The notes under the pieces: model-generated
Seen by the model: the letters and a program-made list of their open reading frames with translations, nothing else
Told to the model about the DNA's origin: nothing
The model's database searches: none
Translations under genes and position numbers: made by a program
Shown here: one piece after another, positions 53,000 through 64,000 of the stretch
Layout: each line of letters opens with the position of its first letter
How positions within the stretch are numbered: the first letter of the stretch is position 1
Origin: Cenococcum geophilum
Lineage: Eukaryota
Assembly (NCBI GenBank): GCA_050273025.1
Contig: CP158635.1
Location: 14,880,001-14,944,000, forward strand
Length of the DNA: 64,000 bases
Direction: 5' to 3'

Positions 53000-55900
53000 A
53001 CTAAATAGATTAATTAATTAATAATATTAATTACTTAGGAATATGTACTAGTGCTACTAACTATAGCGGATATTAAACGGTTGTAGTAATAGCTTATAGC
53101 TAATATCTTATATTACTTATTAAGCAACTTATATATAGGTTAAAGCTAGGTTTAAGTAAAGTTAGTAGGGAGTATAAAGCCATCTAGCTTATTATTATTG
53201 TTATAGAGATTAAGCTTATTAAACATGGCGGAAAGATTACCGCCTAGCCGTAAATTAAACTTATTAAGGGCAGATTAATTAAGTCGTTTAATACCTAGTT
53301 ATAGTAGAGGCGGCGCTTTTATCTTTGCTTACTGTGCCTAACGGCAGATAATAGAACCTTCGGCAATTACATTAGTAAGTAATTAAATATCCGCTATAGG
53401 AGATTTAATAGTATATTAAGTAGACATCCGTTCGCTAAATATAATCTTAAACTTTATACGTAGTGGCCTTATATAATTAGTTATATAAAATAACTTAAAA
53501 ACCTATAAAGCCGCAACAGCAGCGAAACTAGCCCAAAACCACTTAATAAAGCAACCCGATATCGGAATCCTATTCCCCGCACTGAGAAACCCCATAAAAC
53601 CACGTCGCCCCCATCTAGAGCATGGGGGACGACGGAGGGGCGCAGGCTTCCTACTAGAGTCGTAAGAGTTGTGACGCGCGGGAACCGAACCATGAACCAG
53701 GTAGGCAATAACGCGAAAAGGACAGCTACTAGCAATAGTAAAAACTAAAGGAAACACTTAAACAAATTAAAGACAATCTTATAAAAGAGGAGGAAGAAAC
53801 CCTATAGCACTAAATACTTGCCTTTATTTAAGAGGTAATATAGTATATTAAAGCCCTCTTAACGCGTCTAGTCCTCTAGATAACCTAAAAATAAAAGACT
53901 AAGGCCTAGCTTAACCAAATTAAAGCTAGTATTAAGAAAATCCAAAAAGAAACGCGTAAAGGAGGACCCCTAGGCCTAGGAGTTCCCCTAGTACAGGTCT
54001 AAACCTAGGCAGCCGTTACTACGTAAGCGGCCCGCACGGTAAATATAGTCGCGGCACTATAGAGAGCGAGTATACGCGTCTAGCTTAAGGAGCCCTAGGG
54101 CTATAAACTAAGGGAGCTTCTTAAGACTATTTAGAGAATAATACTAAGCGTATACGCCGTACGCACCCTTAATAGTGGGGACGTAGATATTTATATCCCC
54201 TCCTAAATAATAAAGGACTAAATCCTAAATAGGCCAAACGCGCCAGGACTTAGGATACTAAGGAAAGATTACCTCTTAGAAGTACTAGGAGTCCCGCTTA
54301 AGACTCTAATTAATAGCGGAAGGGACGTAGATAATTTAGAATTAACTTAATCCATTTATAAAGCCACGAAGCGCCTTATACCTAGGATAACTATTAGCTA
54401 GATCCGATAGCTATACGACCCTAAAGTATAGGTAAAACGCCAGGCAAACTCCAGCAGCGCCTAAAAAGAACCTAAGAAGACTAGGGGAATAATTATAATT
54501 AGCGTCCTAACCTAAGCAATTTAGTAAAAGATTATAAAAAGCGGGATAGTTATTAAATCCCAGCTTTTTAAGACTAGGCTATTTAAGAATAGCGTAATTA
54601 TAAAGTAATGCTACCGCTATAATTAATAGGGGTATATATAAAGCGTATGCGGAAAGCAAATAAAATATAGGCAATGTGCGGGACAATATAACACCACAGA
54701 TTGCCCTAAGAAAAGGGTATCCTATATTAACTGCGGTAAAGCCTATAAAGCATAGTAAAGAAAAGAGTGTAGGACCTTTTAGAGCTACCTTAAAGGTATC
54801 TAAATAAAAAGAATAGCCCTCTTAACGCAGTTGCTCCGTATATAAGAAGCCGCAGAAACAATATACCAACCCTTAATACTAGGAAACCTTATAATCAGCA
54901 CTAATAAGAAAAGAGGATGGGAAATATCTTACTTAGGGACTTAAGAATAACCACTTAAACGGGGACCAGGTAAACTATCTTTTATTAAAATAGTAAGCAG
55001 AGATAGATTATAATTAAGGCTCCGGCTTCGCGCTAATAGAGTAATAATAGTTAATAGCAAAAACAATAAGGAATAGAACATAGATATAAATGAGCTTATA
55101 CCTACTTTAAATAAGTAAATATACAATTATTTAGTATAACTACGGAAATGCAAACCAAGGGGCGTATCGCCCCTTCTTTGACAGCGTTACGCTAGCGGAC
55201 TACTAGGTCCTTATAATCTAGGAGCTAGTATATAATAGATATACTAAATTAACATACTGCCCTAGGGGATTTACACTTATATATAACGCTCTCCCTATAA
55301 TAAAGGTCTGCTTTATAATTAGCCGGAATATAAATACCGCGTATTAGAAGCGTAGATAGTACGGCCCCTTTACTATAGCCCTCTAGGTACGCCTAAAGGG
55401 GCTAAAGGCTATAATTATTAATATCTATAACCCGCGCGAAGATGGCCCTTAGATTAGGGCATAGCCTAAGGTTAAAATAGCTATTAAGGAAGCTAAGGGA
55501 AAAATTATACTCTTAGGTAACTTTAACGCCTACTATCTAATATAAGGCGGAAAGTATATAGCTAGCAAAGAGCAGGCGGAACGCCTTTTAGCCAAAACCA
55601 ATACTAGAGGCCTAGTACTCGCTATACTAAAAGGAAAGCCTATATAGAAAAGAGGGTAATAGGAAAGTGTAATAGACCTCACGTTTATATCACCAGATTT
55701 ATACAGAAAAGTTAACTTTTATAGTATAGTTAAGGAATAGGCCCTTATAAGAGACTATATACCAATCCGCATCTAAATTAATAACACTAGCTATCCGCTA
55801 GCGGAACGCTAGCGCCTTGCCCTTAAGAAGCTAAACTTATAGGGCTTTCTTTAAAGTATCTAGGAGCTTAACTGGACTATATCTAAAGACCCTATTTAAG

Positions 55901-58900
55901 CCCTATAGGAAGGGATTAAGCAAGCACTTAAAGAATACTGCCTATAAGCACAGCCTAGCTAGTAGGCCCGTTAAGAATAGTCGCCACAGGCCATATAGCT
56001 CTACGCCGGCGCCTAATAGGCGCGACGATAGCTCTAAGCTTATAATAACCCTAAAGACCACTAAAGATATTTAGTATTAAATAATTAATTACAAAAAGAG
56101 ATTAGGAGAGTCAGTTATAATAACTAGAGACGCTTTATTTATAAACTTACTAAAGATTAATTAAAACTATATAATAAGGGACTTTAGACTCTATTAAAAT
56201 AGAGCAGAAAAGTAAGCGTAGTAAAGGCGGACCCCTATCTACTAGACCTTAGGAGGTCTACTAAGGATCCCTTAATAGATAATAATATCACAAAGGCCGA
56301 TATTCTTATAGCTAAGTTCTTTCCTAAAACTGGAATAGTAGACCTTAGCGACATAGAGATAATAAGGGAATAAAATGTGCTTAATATTAGCCCCACTATC
56401 TTAATAGAAGAAATTGGTAAGCTTATTAGGAGTCTTCTAAATAGAAAAGCCCTAGGGCTAGATAGCATACCAAATAAAGTCCTTAAAGTAGCTGCCCTAG
56501 TTATTACAAAAGATTTAGCAGAAGTAGCTAGTTATTACTTTACTAGCGGAATAATACCAGAAAGTCTTAAAGAATCTATAACTATAGTATTATATAAAGA
56601 AGGAAAGAAAGACTACTCTTTCCTAAATAGCTATAAACCAATTACCCTTAAAAATATACTAGCAAAAGTCCTAGAAAAGTACGTAGCTAATATTATATCT
56701 AAGGCTGCGGAGGAGTATAGACTACTTCCTTAGAACTAGATAGGAGTAAGGCGTAAACAATCCACACTATTAGCGGTAGGACTGCTTAGCTCTTACGTAT
56801 AAACGGCGTAGCAAACGCGCCGCGGGTATATAGTATTAATGCTAAGCCTAGACTTAGCAGGGGTATTTAACAACATCTCCTATAAAAGGCTCCTCTATAT
56901 TTTAAAAAGAAAAGGCTTTTTAAAGTAGCTTATAGATTTTATATAAAGCTTCCTAACAGTACGTAAAACCTATATTAAGTTTATAGAATATAAGAGTAAC
57001 TAGATTTAGATACAGACAGGCATCCCCTAGGGGTTACCCTTATTACTAATCTTATTCCTCTTTTTTATATTAGAGCTATTAGAGGAATTCTAGCGCCCTA
57101 ATAGCAGCACGCTAGGGTTTAGCTTTATAGATAACATAAACCTTATTACCTAGGGGGACTCCGTGGCAGAGAACTGTTAACAATTAGAGGCCGCCTATAA
57201 CTACTGCGCTATATAGGCAAGTTAATATAGGGCGGCGTTCGCCCCTAAGAAGTACTAGCTTATACACTTTATAAGACAACGGCGCCATGCCACCGCAGAC
57301 CTTACGTTTACCGTGCGCATCGCCAGCTACAAGACAGCCCCCTAAAAAACCAGCATGCGAGTCCTAGGGATCTAGGTAGACCCTAAGCTCTAATAGAAAG
57401 AATAGGTTAAAAAGGCTGCGAGTAAGGGCTTAGTAGCCTTTAAAGCAATATTAAGGATTACTACATCTATATAGGGCCTATTAATGCGCCGCTTACGCCT
57501 CCTATATACAGCCACCGTCTAACTAGCGATACTATATAGCGCCTAAGTGTAAGAAGTACGGGATAACGGCAAAACGCCAGTAAAAAGCTTACTTAAACTA
57601 TTATAGAAAGTCCAGAACTAGTGTCTCTATAGGGTTATAGGGGCATACTAGCAAACACTAATAGCTGCAATAGAGAAGGAAGCGGCTATTCCCCTAATCC
57701 AACTCTATATTAAAACGACAGCCCTCTAAAAAGCCGCCAAGACGGCCTCTAATAGGGTAGAAAAGGAATTAGTAAAGGTACTTAACGGTATCTGGAATAT
57801 ATTAGTAAAGCGCTAGCAAAAAACAAAACGGCTACTAGTACTATTAGAAGCGCTTAGGGAACGCGTAAAGGACTATAAAAATAAAATATAAGGCTTCCTT
57901 ACGCACTAGAAGGACTATATAGAGTAGGAAGCTATAATAAACCCCTATAAGCGCGGCCAGCGGAACGCCGGCAAAGCGTAGGTGGAGCGCCGCTACTATA
58001 TAGGAGGTCACCAGCACTAAAGGCAGGTAACCACCTTTATTGCGAAATGGGCAGATTTAGAATAGCAATAATAGTAGTAGGTAAAGGCTAAAGACCGCAC
58101 AGAAACCATATAGAAGACCCTATAGGGGAAACCTATAATCCTATTATACGAAGGCCTAATAAAAGCAGAGGCTATAGCACTATTTCTTCTTTATATAGAG
58201 GTAATAGGGCTTAATATATAGCTTATATCCGTTAGTATACCAGCGGTTCTCCTATGGTGCGAATATAGCTAGATAAAGCAGATAGTCTACTATATGCTAT
58301 TCTAGTGTCCACACTACCAAAGGGCGGACTTTATAGCAAAATGCGCCTCTAAACGCCTTTAGGATGTTTTAAATAATAAAGAAAGCGCCTAAGCGGCAGC
58401 AAAATGGCTAGTACAGTTAGGTGCGTTACCCTAGTTTTAGGTAGTAAAGGTAATAGATATAGAGAATATAAGTAGATACTAGCCCTTTTAAAGCCTAGAG
58501 GACTGGTAAAAGAATAAGGGTAAAAGGATAAGGAAAGAAGGGGGTAGAGTAAGATTATCCGCGAAGCGCGGCTAGTTAGCTTAATATGCAGACTTAAAGG
58601 CAGGTAGAAGGCGAGCCGCCAGCGCTCCGATGTCGGAACGCTGCTATCTCTCCAGCGCGGCCCAAGGTGGGGTTTTCTCTAAGTTAGAGTTTTTCCTATA
58701 GAAGGTATTAGCCTGCGTGGACCCACTAGAGGGACCGGGACGGGCGGTAAATTGAATTTATTATTATTATTAATTAGTTATATAAATACTCTAGCGAAAG
58801 AGTAAGTCTAGGTTAAATATTAAATTGCCACAAGTGTATATAAGCTACTTTAGCTCCCTATTAAGTAGCTCGTTATTAAAATCTATTAGGTAGTAACTAT

Positions 58901-60950
58901 CCTATTTACCGCGGATATTTACTAAACTATTTACTAGAATAGCTTACTAGAGCTTAGGGGAATAAGCATTTATTAAAGTTAACTAGAAGAAACGTAATAT
59001 CTTTAGTAGATAGTTCTTATTTTAACTACCTATAAAATAGATATAAATGCGGGGGAGTACGCGGCTAAGTAGGCTAATATCCGCAAGCTTAATAGCGTGC
59101 TTAAGGACCTTATACGTCTCTACCAGTTATAAAAAGCAGACGTACGTTAGAAACTCTACATTAGCAGGCTTAGAAAGTATTTATAAGGATATAGTACTGC
59201 TAGCCTACTTAAGGTAACCCTTTTGCCGTAATTCCGTAGGCTAGCTAGTATAGTTAGCCGCCTAAAAGACTTCCTAACCGAAAACCACTATACGGATATT
59301 CTTAACTACTGCTAATAAACGTTGCGAAGATAGGCTTTTAAGGTACCACTTAATATCTATAGGCGACTTAGTGTTATAAGACTCCTTAATTTAAGTATAG
59401 AGCAACGCTATAATATAAGCGTTAAAGCTATAGAGAATTAGCTCCTCCATATAATAAAACGGCGCGCGCTTAGCTAGGATATTTCTTTAACCTAGGTGGT
59501 TTATATAGGTATACAGCGTAGAGTACTCTTAGGCTAATTGCTTACCACTATAGTAATACCATATAACTATATATAGGTAGTTTAGCTTTAGGTACTAAAG
59601 AGCTAGAATAGGCAGAGCCCAACATAGGCTATTATAGGCGGATATTAACTTAGTACATTCTCCCTAATATAACCGAATAAGCTTTACGGTCTTTTAATCA
59701 CTATAGATTAAAAATAGTCACGCCTTAAATGCTTTATCGGTGCGTTATAGATTTATTTAATAGAGAAAAATGTTATCTAGTACCTTATAGGTTTTAGATA
59801 TAGAAGCCTCTTTAGTTATAATAGGTCCTAGGTTAAACCTAGACGTCCGCGTAGCGGGTATTACATTAATAGAAGGCATACGTGGATATTTAAACCGTGG
59901 GTTTTTGCTAAGTAATATATTAAGGCCTGGGTACGCCTCTATAATAGCTTTATAGATTAAAGCTATTAAGATCTGCTTCTATATCTTATCTTATAAATTA
60001 CCTAAAGCCTCTACAATATCTAAGAACTTAATTAAAATATCCGTATAAAGCATACTCTGTTAAAGCCTACTATTAGGTATACTTATACTAAAGACAAGCT
60101 TACCAGTTATACGCGAATAGAACGTCCTAGTATCCCTAAGTATTTAATACTAAACTCGTTAAAGGTAGTTAAAGTTATTATAGATAATAATAGTATTAGA
60201 AGCTGCACCTATTAAGCGGATTTTCACCTATATATAGGTTAGTATATACCTATACCGCGGAGATTATAGGCTAAACCTTAATTCCTAGGCTATCCGCTCC
60301 TTCTGCTAGTTTAAAGTAGTATAACCATTAATTAATCCAAGCCTATAGAGCATAGAAAGCACGTGGCGCTTAACGCCATTAGCTTAGAGATATATCCCTA
60401 ATAGCCGTAGAATATAGTTTACGAAGTTTTATAAAAGGCTAAATATAAGCATAAAAGCTATTAGAACCGCACGGCCTTTATATAGAGAACATTTACATTA
60501 ACCCTCTTAATATGCTGTAATTATATGCTCTAGTATAGGTGCGTAAGTCTTTATAGCTTAATAGCACTGCCTAAGGTTAAGCTGCTTAATATCCGCATAT
60601 TAGTTAAAGCTGCTAAATAATAACTCTTTCTCCCTTAGCTCTTTAAGCTCTCCCTAAATAGTAAGAGTAATACTAGTACCCACTATACCGCGCTTCTCTA
60701 TCTCTTTAGTATAGATATTTAGGATATTAGCATCCTCTAGGAGTTTGTTAAGGAGCTCCCTTACTCCTTTTTTCTTTAGTGCCTTACGTAAACCTTTAGC
60801 CATTATAATCCATTTAAGCGCTAGGTCTCCTATAGACATCCACTATAACCTAAAACAGTTAATAATTACCCAGACCTTCTCTATAGCGGATATCTTCTTA
60901 GCAGATATTACAGATATTATAGATATTTTATTAACTCCTACTTCTTTATT
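53000..60950 (-). pseudogene. DUF6589-type transposase B, split by the LINE
   Basis: De-RIP GDQKT..YDSLRWALPIPALWHLKLNY at about 59580-59705; paralogous to transposase A; boundaries approximate. Confidence 0.7.
53490..58770 (+). mobile_element. Full-length Tad1-like LINE (ORF1 with CCHC knuckles; ORF2 APE-RT-CCHC), RIP-inactivated
   Basis: 16-bp TSD TAATTAGTTATATAAA (53474-53489, 58771-58786); QYNC, LLGDFNAHH, KAPGPDGIPN, GIPQGSPLSPILF, FVDD after de-RIP; (TTA)n tail. Confidence 0.93.
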
Positions 60951-61847
60951 CTCTTAGGGATCTATATAGTTTAGCAGTAGTAAGTAGGCTATTAAGGACC
61001 GCTATTAAGCTATAAATAGCGATGGGGGAGATAACAGGGGAGACGATAGGGGAGATAATGGGGGTGGGATAAGACGGCTAATGCCCTCGGGTACTATATC
61101 CGCTATATCTCTTAATCCTCTAGCGGTATTAGTTAATAGAGAGGGTAGTTTATTATTAAAAGCTTAAGAAGACTGGCTCCTGCTAGACAAAATAGAGGGG
61201 TTTCTTTAACGCCTTTTAAATGCGCCTATAGCTAATAGTTAGTTCTAAAAAATCCATTAATTAAAGAGCTAATTAAGGCAATTCTAATATAGGTATTAAT
61301 AGGATAATAGACGTGGCGGTTGCTTACATTAATTTTATTAAAGTTAATAGTTTGCCTTATATAAATAGACCAGCTTAGCTTCTAAAAGCTTGCCAAAGTG
61401 GCTTAAACTAAGAAATAGATGGATTGATCAAATAGGTTAGCTTGCGGATATTTATTGGTTTCTTGGTCTAAGCATGCTAAGTTAAAATTTTCGCGATGCA
61501 CGCGTAAACGCACGTGATAGCAGTCTTCACCACTACGTGCACGGTCCCACTCAATGTACGGTTTTTTCTTACCAAAATTTGCTTAAATATACCTTTTTAT
61601 ACTACCTATAACTTAATAACCTTTTAACAGAATTTTATGAAATTCTTAATATAGCTTATTAAATACTAAAGCTATAATTTTATGTAAAAATATTATAATA
61701 TATTCTAAAATATATATACTTAAAATTAGGTTAAAAAAGTACTTTTTTAGTAAAGCTTAGTATTATTAATAATACTATTAATAAAGCTATTATATAGCTA
61801 GATTTTATATATATTTATATATATTATATAAATAAGTGTTTTTAATA

Positions 61848-62856
61848 GTAGTAATTCTTAATTAACGTCTGATACGGATCCTATCTAGGCCTACGCAGAC
61901 TACTCCGTTATAGGGGGAAAACTTATAATTTATAGGAAGAAAACCCTGCAGTTTAGGGGAGGAAAAACTCTATAAGCCACCTCAGTAGGATAAAAAACCC
62001 CAGTTTGCCATGTCCGTCTATAGCGGCGGCCCTATAGGCCTACGGCTACGTCCTGTCCTCCTTAGATGTTCAAACTCCTTAGGAACCGCTACTTCCTTCT
62101 CTAGCTTATCCTAGCTAGGGTTCACTACGTCCTAGCTAGGCCTTGCCGTTTAATTACTATACACTTGTGGTTGTATTCCATATTTTAACCACCCCCTATA
62201 TACTATCTCTTGTTAACCATTATTATATACACTATGCCTTCCCCCCCCTAAGGCCTATCAAAGGCATAAGGGGGATTTATTTATAAACTACTATTATACT
62301 AAAAGGCGAGCGGAACGTATATACCTAAGTATCTTTTATGCCTAGGCCCTAGTTACTAGGCCCTCGCCAAGGGTTACTACTCCTTAAGAGGAGATAGGAA
62401 AACCGTACGGTATTATCTAAGCTGCTAGGTAGTATTTAATAGTTAATAGTAAGTAACCGTATACTCCGCGGGCGATTGCCCTAGGGGTTAGGAGGGGCCG
62501 TATATTTACTCGTTGCTCATTTATTTACAATCACTCGTTTATTAACGTAAGAGGTCGTTAATACTCTCTACTAGGGGTTAGGGGATGTTATTAAATACCG
62601 CGTATCTATATTAGATCGTATAGGTGCCTTAATAGGAGAATAGTGTTGCTGTTATTCATAAGGGGCACTTAGTAGTAGTTTTCGAGATCTCACCATCCCA
62701 TATGAAAACTTTTCACTACCGCCCATAATACCCACCACTACCACTAGGTCGTATCGCACGCTGTACAACGTCTCTGCATTAGCTCTAAGTCTAAACTTTA
62801 AAGACTTAGGTTCGTAGCCGTCACCACGTACAGGTGCAGAGTCCGTTTTTAACGGC
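61848..62856 (-). mobile_element. ~1.0-kb non-autonomous retroposon (SINE-like), copy 2
   Basis: 15-bp TSD TAAGTGTTTTTAATA (61833-61847, 62857-62871); same start and end as copy 1. Confidence 0.9.
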
Positions 62857-62857
62857 T
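62772..62857 (-). ncRNA. Predicted HDV-like self-cleaving ribozyme (better-preserved copy)
   Basis: P1 (A)GCCGTT/GACGGCT, P2 CTCTGC/GCAGAG, P3 ACC/GGT, L3 TGTACGT, P1.1 GT/AC, P4 CTAAGTCT/AGACTTAG, J4/2 CTAA. Confidence 0.8.
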
Positions 62858-64000
62858 AAGTGTTTTTAATATATATATAGTTTATTAATTATATATTAAA
62901 TAAATTATATTAAATTTTAATATACTTAAAATATATATATTTATATTATAAATAAAGTTTTTACATAATAAATTAAGGATATAAAATACTTTATTATAAG
63001 TAAAATTAAGTATAAAAAATATAATTAAGCTTATTATTATATCTAATATAATAATTGAAATTTTTTAGTATATATAAAAAGTAAGCTTCTTTATTTCAAG
63101 TTATAACCAATAATATTTTTCAACTTTTATTTTATAAATACTTTTATTTGTTATAGAATAAGCTATATTAAAAAAATTATATTAATTGCTATTATAGTAA
63201 TTAAGTTATAAGCATTTAAATATAATTTTTTTAAAATGATTTTTAGAACTATATATAAGCTAATTATATATATAAGCTAGTTACTAATATATTTAAAAAA
63301 AAAACTTACTTATATAATAAAACTAGATATATATATAATCTAGCTATATAGTAGCTTTATTATTAATATTATTAATATTATCAAGTTTTATTAAAAAAGT
63401 ACTTTTTTAACCTAATTTTAAGTATATATATTTTATAATATATTATAATATTTTTATATAAAATTATAGCTTTAGTATTTAATAAGCTATATTAAAAATT
63501 TTATAAAATTCTATTAAAAGGTTATTAAGTTATAGGTGGTATAAAAAGGTGTATTTAAGCAAATTTTGGTAAGGAAAACCGTGCATTGAGTAGGACCGTG
63601 CACGCAGTGGTGAGGTACTCTATTCTAACTTGATGAGGATGCATCTAACTTAATGAGGATGCATCTAACTTAATGAGGATGCATCTAACTTAATGAGGAA
63701 GCATCTAAACCAAATGAGGTAGGGGGTGTATGCGTATTAATTGGGGGGTGTACGTGTATTGTTTAGGGGGTGTATAAATAGTGGCGACCTATTTTTTAAT
63801 TTAGAGGTATTAATAGAGTTAAGAGCTTCTAATTCTACTTCTAAAGCTATATTTTATATAATAATAAAGAAGAAGAAGGCAAATGAAAATTTATTTAGGG
63901 TATGCTAAGACTTATCGCAATAAGACACAATATATATCCTTTTTTTTTGTCCATTGTATTATACTATATACAATACTGCGCATACAGCCTTAGGCTATAG

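Larger units (their letters stand above)
61525..63615. mobile_element. Foldback-type element with inverted repeats of about 300 bp or more and an AT-rich interior
   Basis: 61525-61845 is the reverse complement of about 63300-63615 (TCACCACT(A/G)CGTGCACGGTCC...); no clear TSD found. Confidence 0.8.
36651..63789. mobile_element. 27.1-kb TIR-bounded composite insertion with 8-bp TSD
   Basis: Inverted termini 36651-36735 and 63621-63789 ((G)GTCGCCACTATTTATACACCCCC...20-bp subrepeats); TSD TATTTTTT (36643-36650, 63790-63797); removing it rejoins the hAT ORF in frame. Confidence 0.85.
25600..64000. other. AT-rich RIP-mutated transposon block
   Basis: Abrupt depletion of CpA/TpG and excess of TpA; TE ORFs full of TAA/TAG derived from CAA/CAG/TGG. 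Confidence 0.95.
32377..64000 (-). mobile_element. hAT DNA transposon (BED finger + DDE + hATC), split by several nested insertions; 5' end probably beyond the window
   Basis: De-RIP motifs: WEHTR..YCKHC (36530-36620), NLPFRMVEWPEF (~36250-36295), IHLSIDIWTSSN (~35890-35925), KLHNI (~34830), ILSIPAMSDEPERVFS (~33790-33840); ORF start near 63850; TAGGG terminus at 32377. Confidence 0.85.

Noticed and set aside
36651..63789. Starship element
   Set aside because: No DUF3435 tyrosine recombinase captain seen; TIRs with an 8-bp TSD point to a DDE-type mechanism

Overview
Eukaryotic DNA from a filamentous ascomycete (Pezizomycotina; GT..AG introns with CTRAY branch sites), in two sharply different halves. 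Bases 1-25.5 kb are gene-dense: GH76 (DFG5/DCW1-like), a four-gene protocatechuate/beta-ketoadipate cluster (EthD-like+alpha/beta hydrolase, carboxy-muconate cyclase, PrcA-like intradiol dioxygenase, CMD/AhpD protein), isovaleryl-CoA dehydrogenase, an SRA-like+Cys-rich+AlkB oxygenase, a PclA-like acyl-CoA ligase and SQT1. Bases ~25.6-64 kb are an AT-rich, RIP-mutated nest of transposons whose insertion order can largely be read from target-site duplications (TSDs). A Gypsy element carries a Copia derivative and a hAT element. The hAT ORF is split by a 27.1-kb TIR-bounded insert (8-bp TSD) holding two RecQ-helicase + DUF6589-type transposase (AcademH-like) modules, a duplicated hexa-Cys cargo gene, a full-length Tad-like LINE and a foldback element. 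Top finding: two ~1.0-kb non-coding retroposons, each with a 15-bp TSD, that start exactly at a predicted HDV-like self-cleaving ribozyme and end in a LINE-like stem-loop and (TTA)n-type tail. All alignments and translations were done by eye, family names are from memory, and boundaries of RIP-degraded ORFs are approximate.
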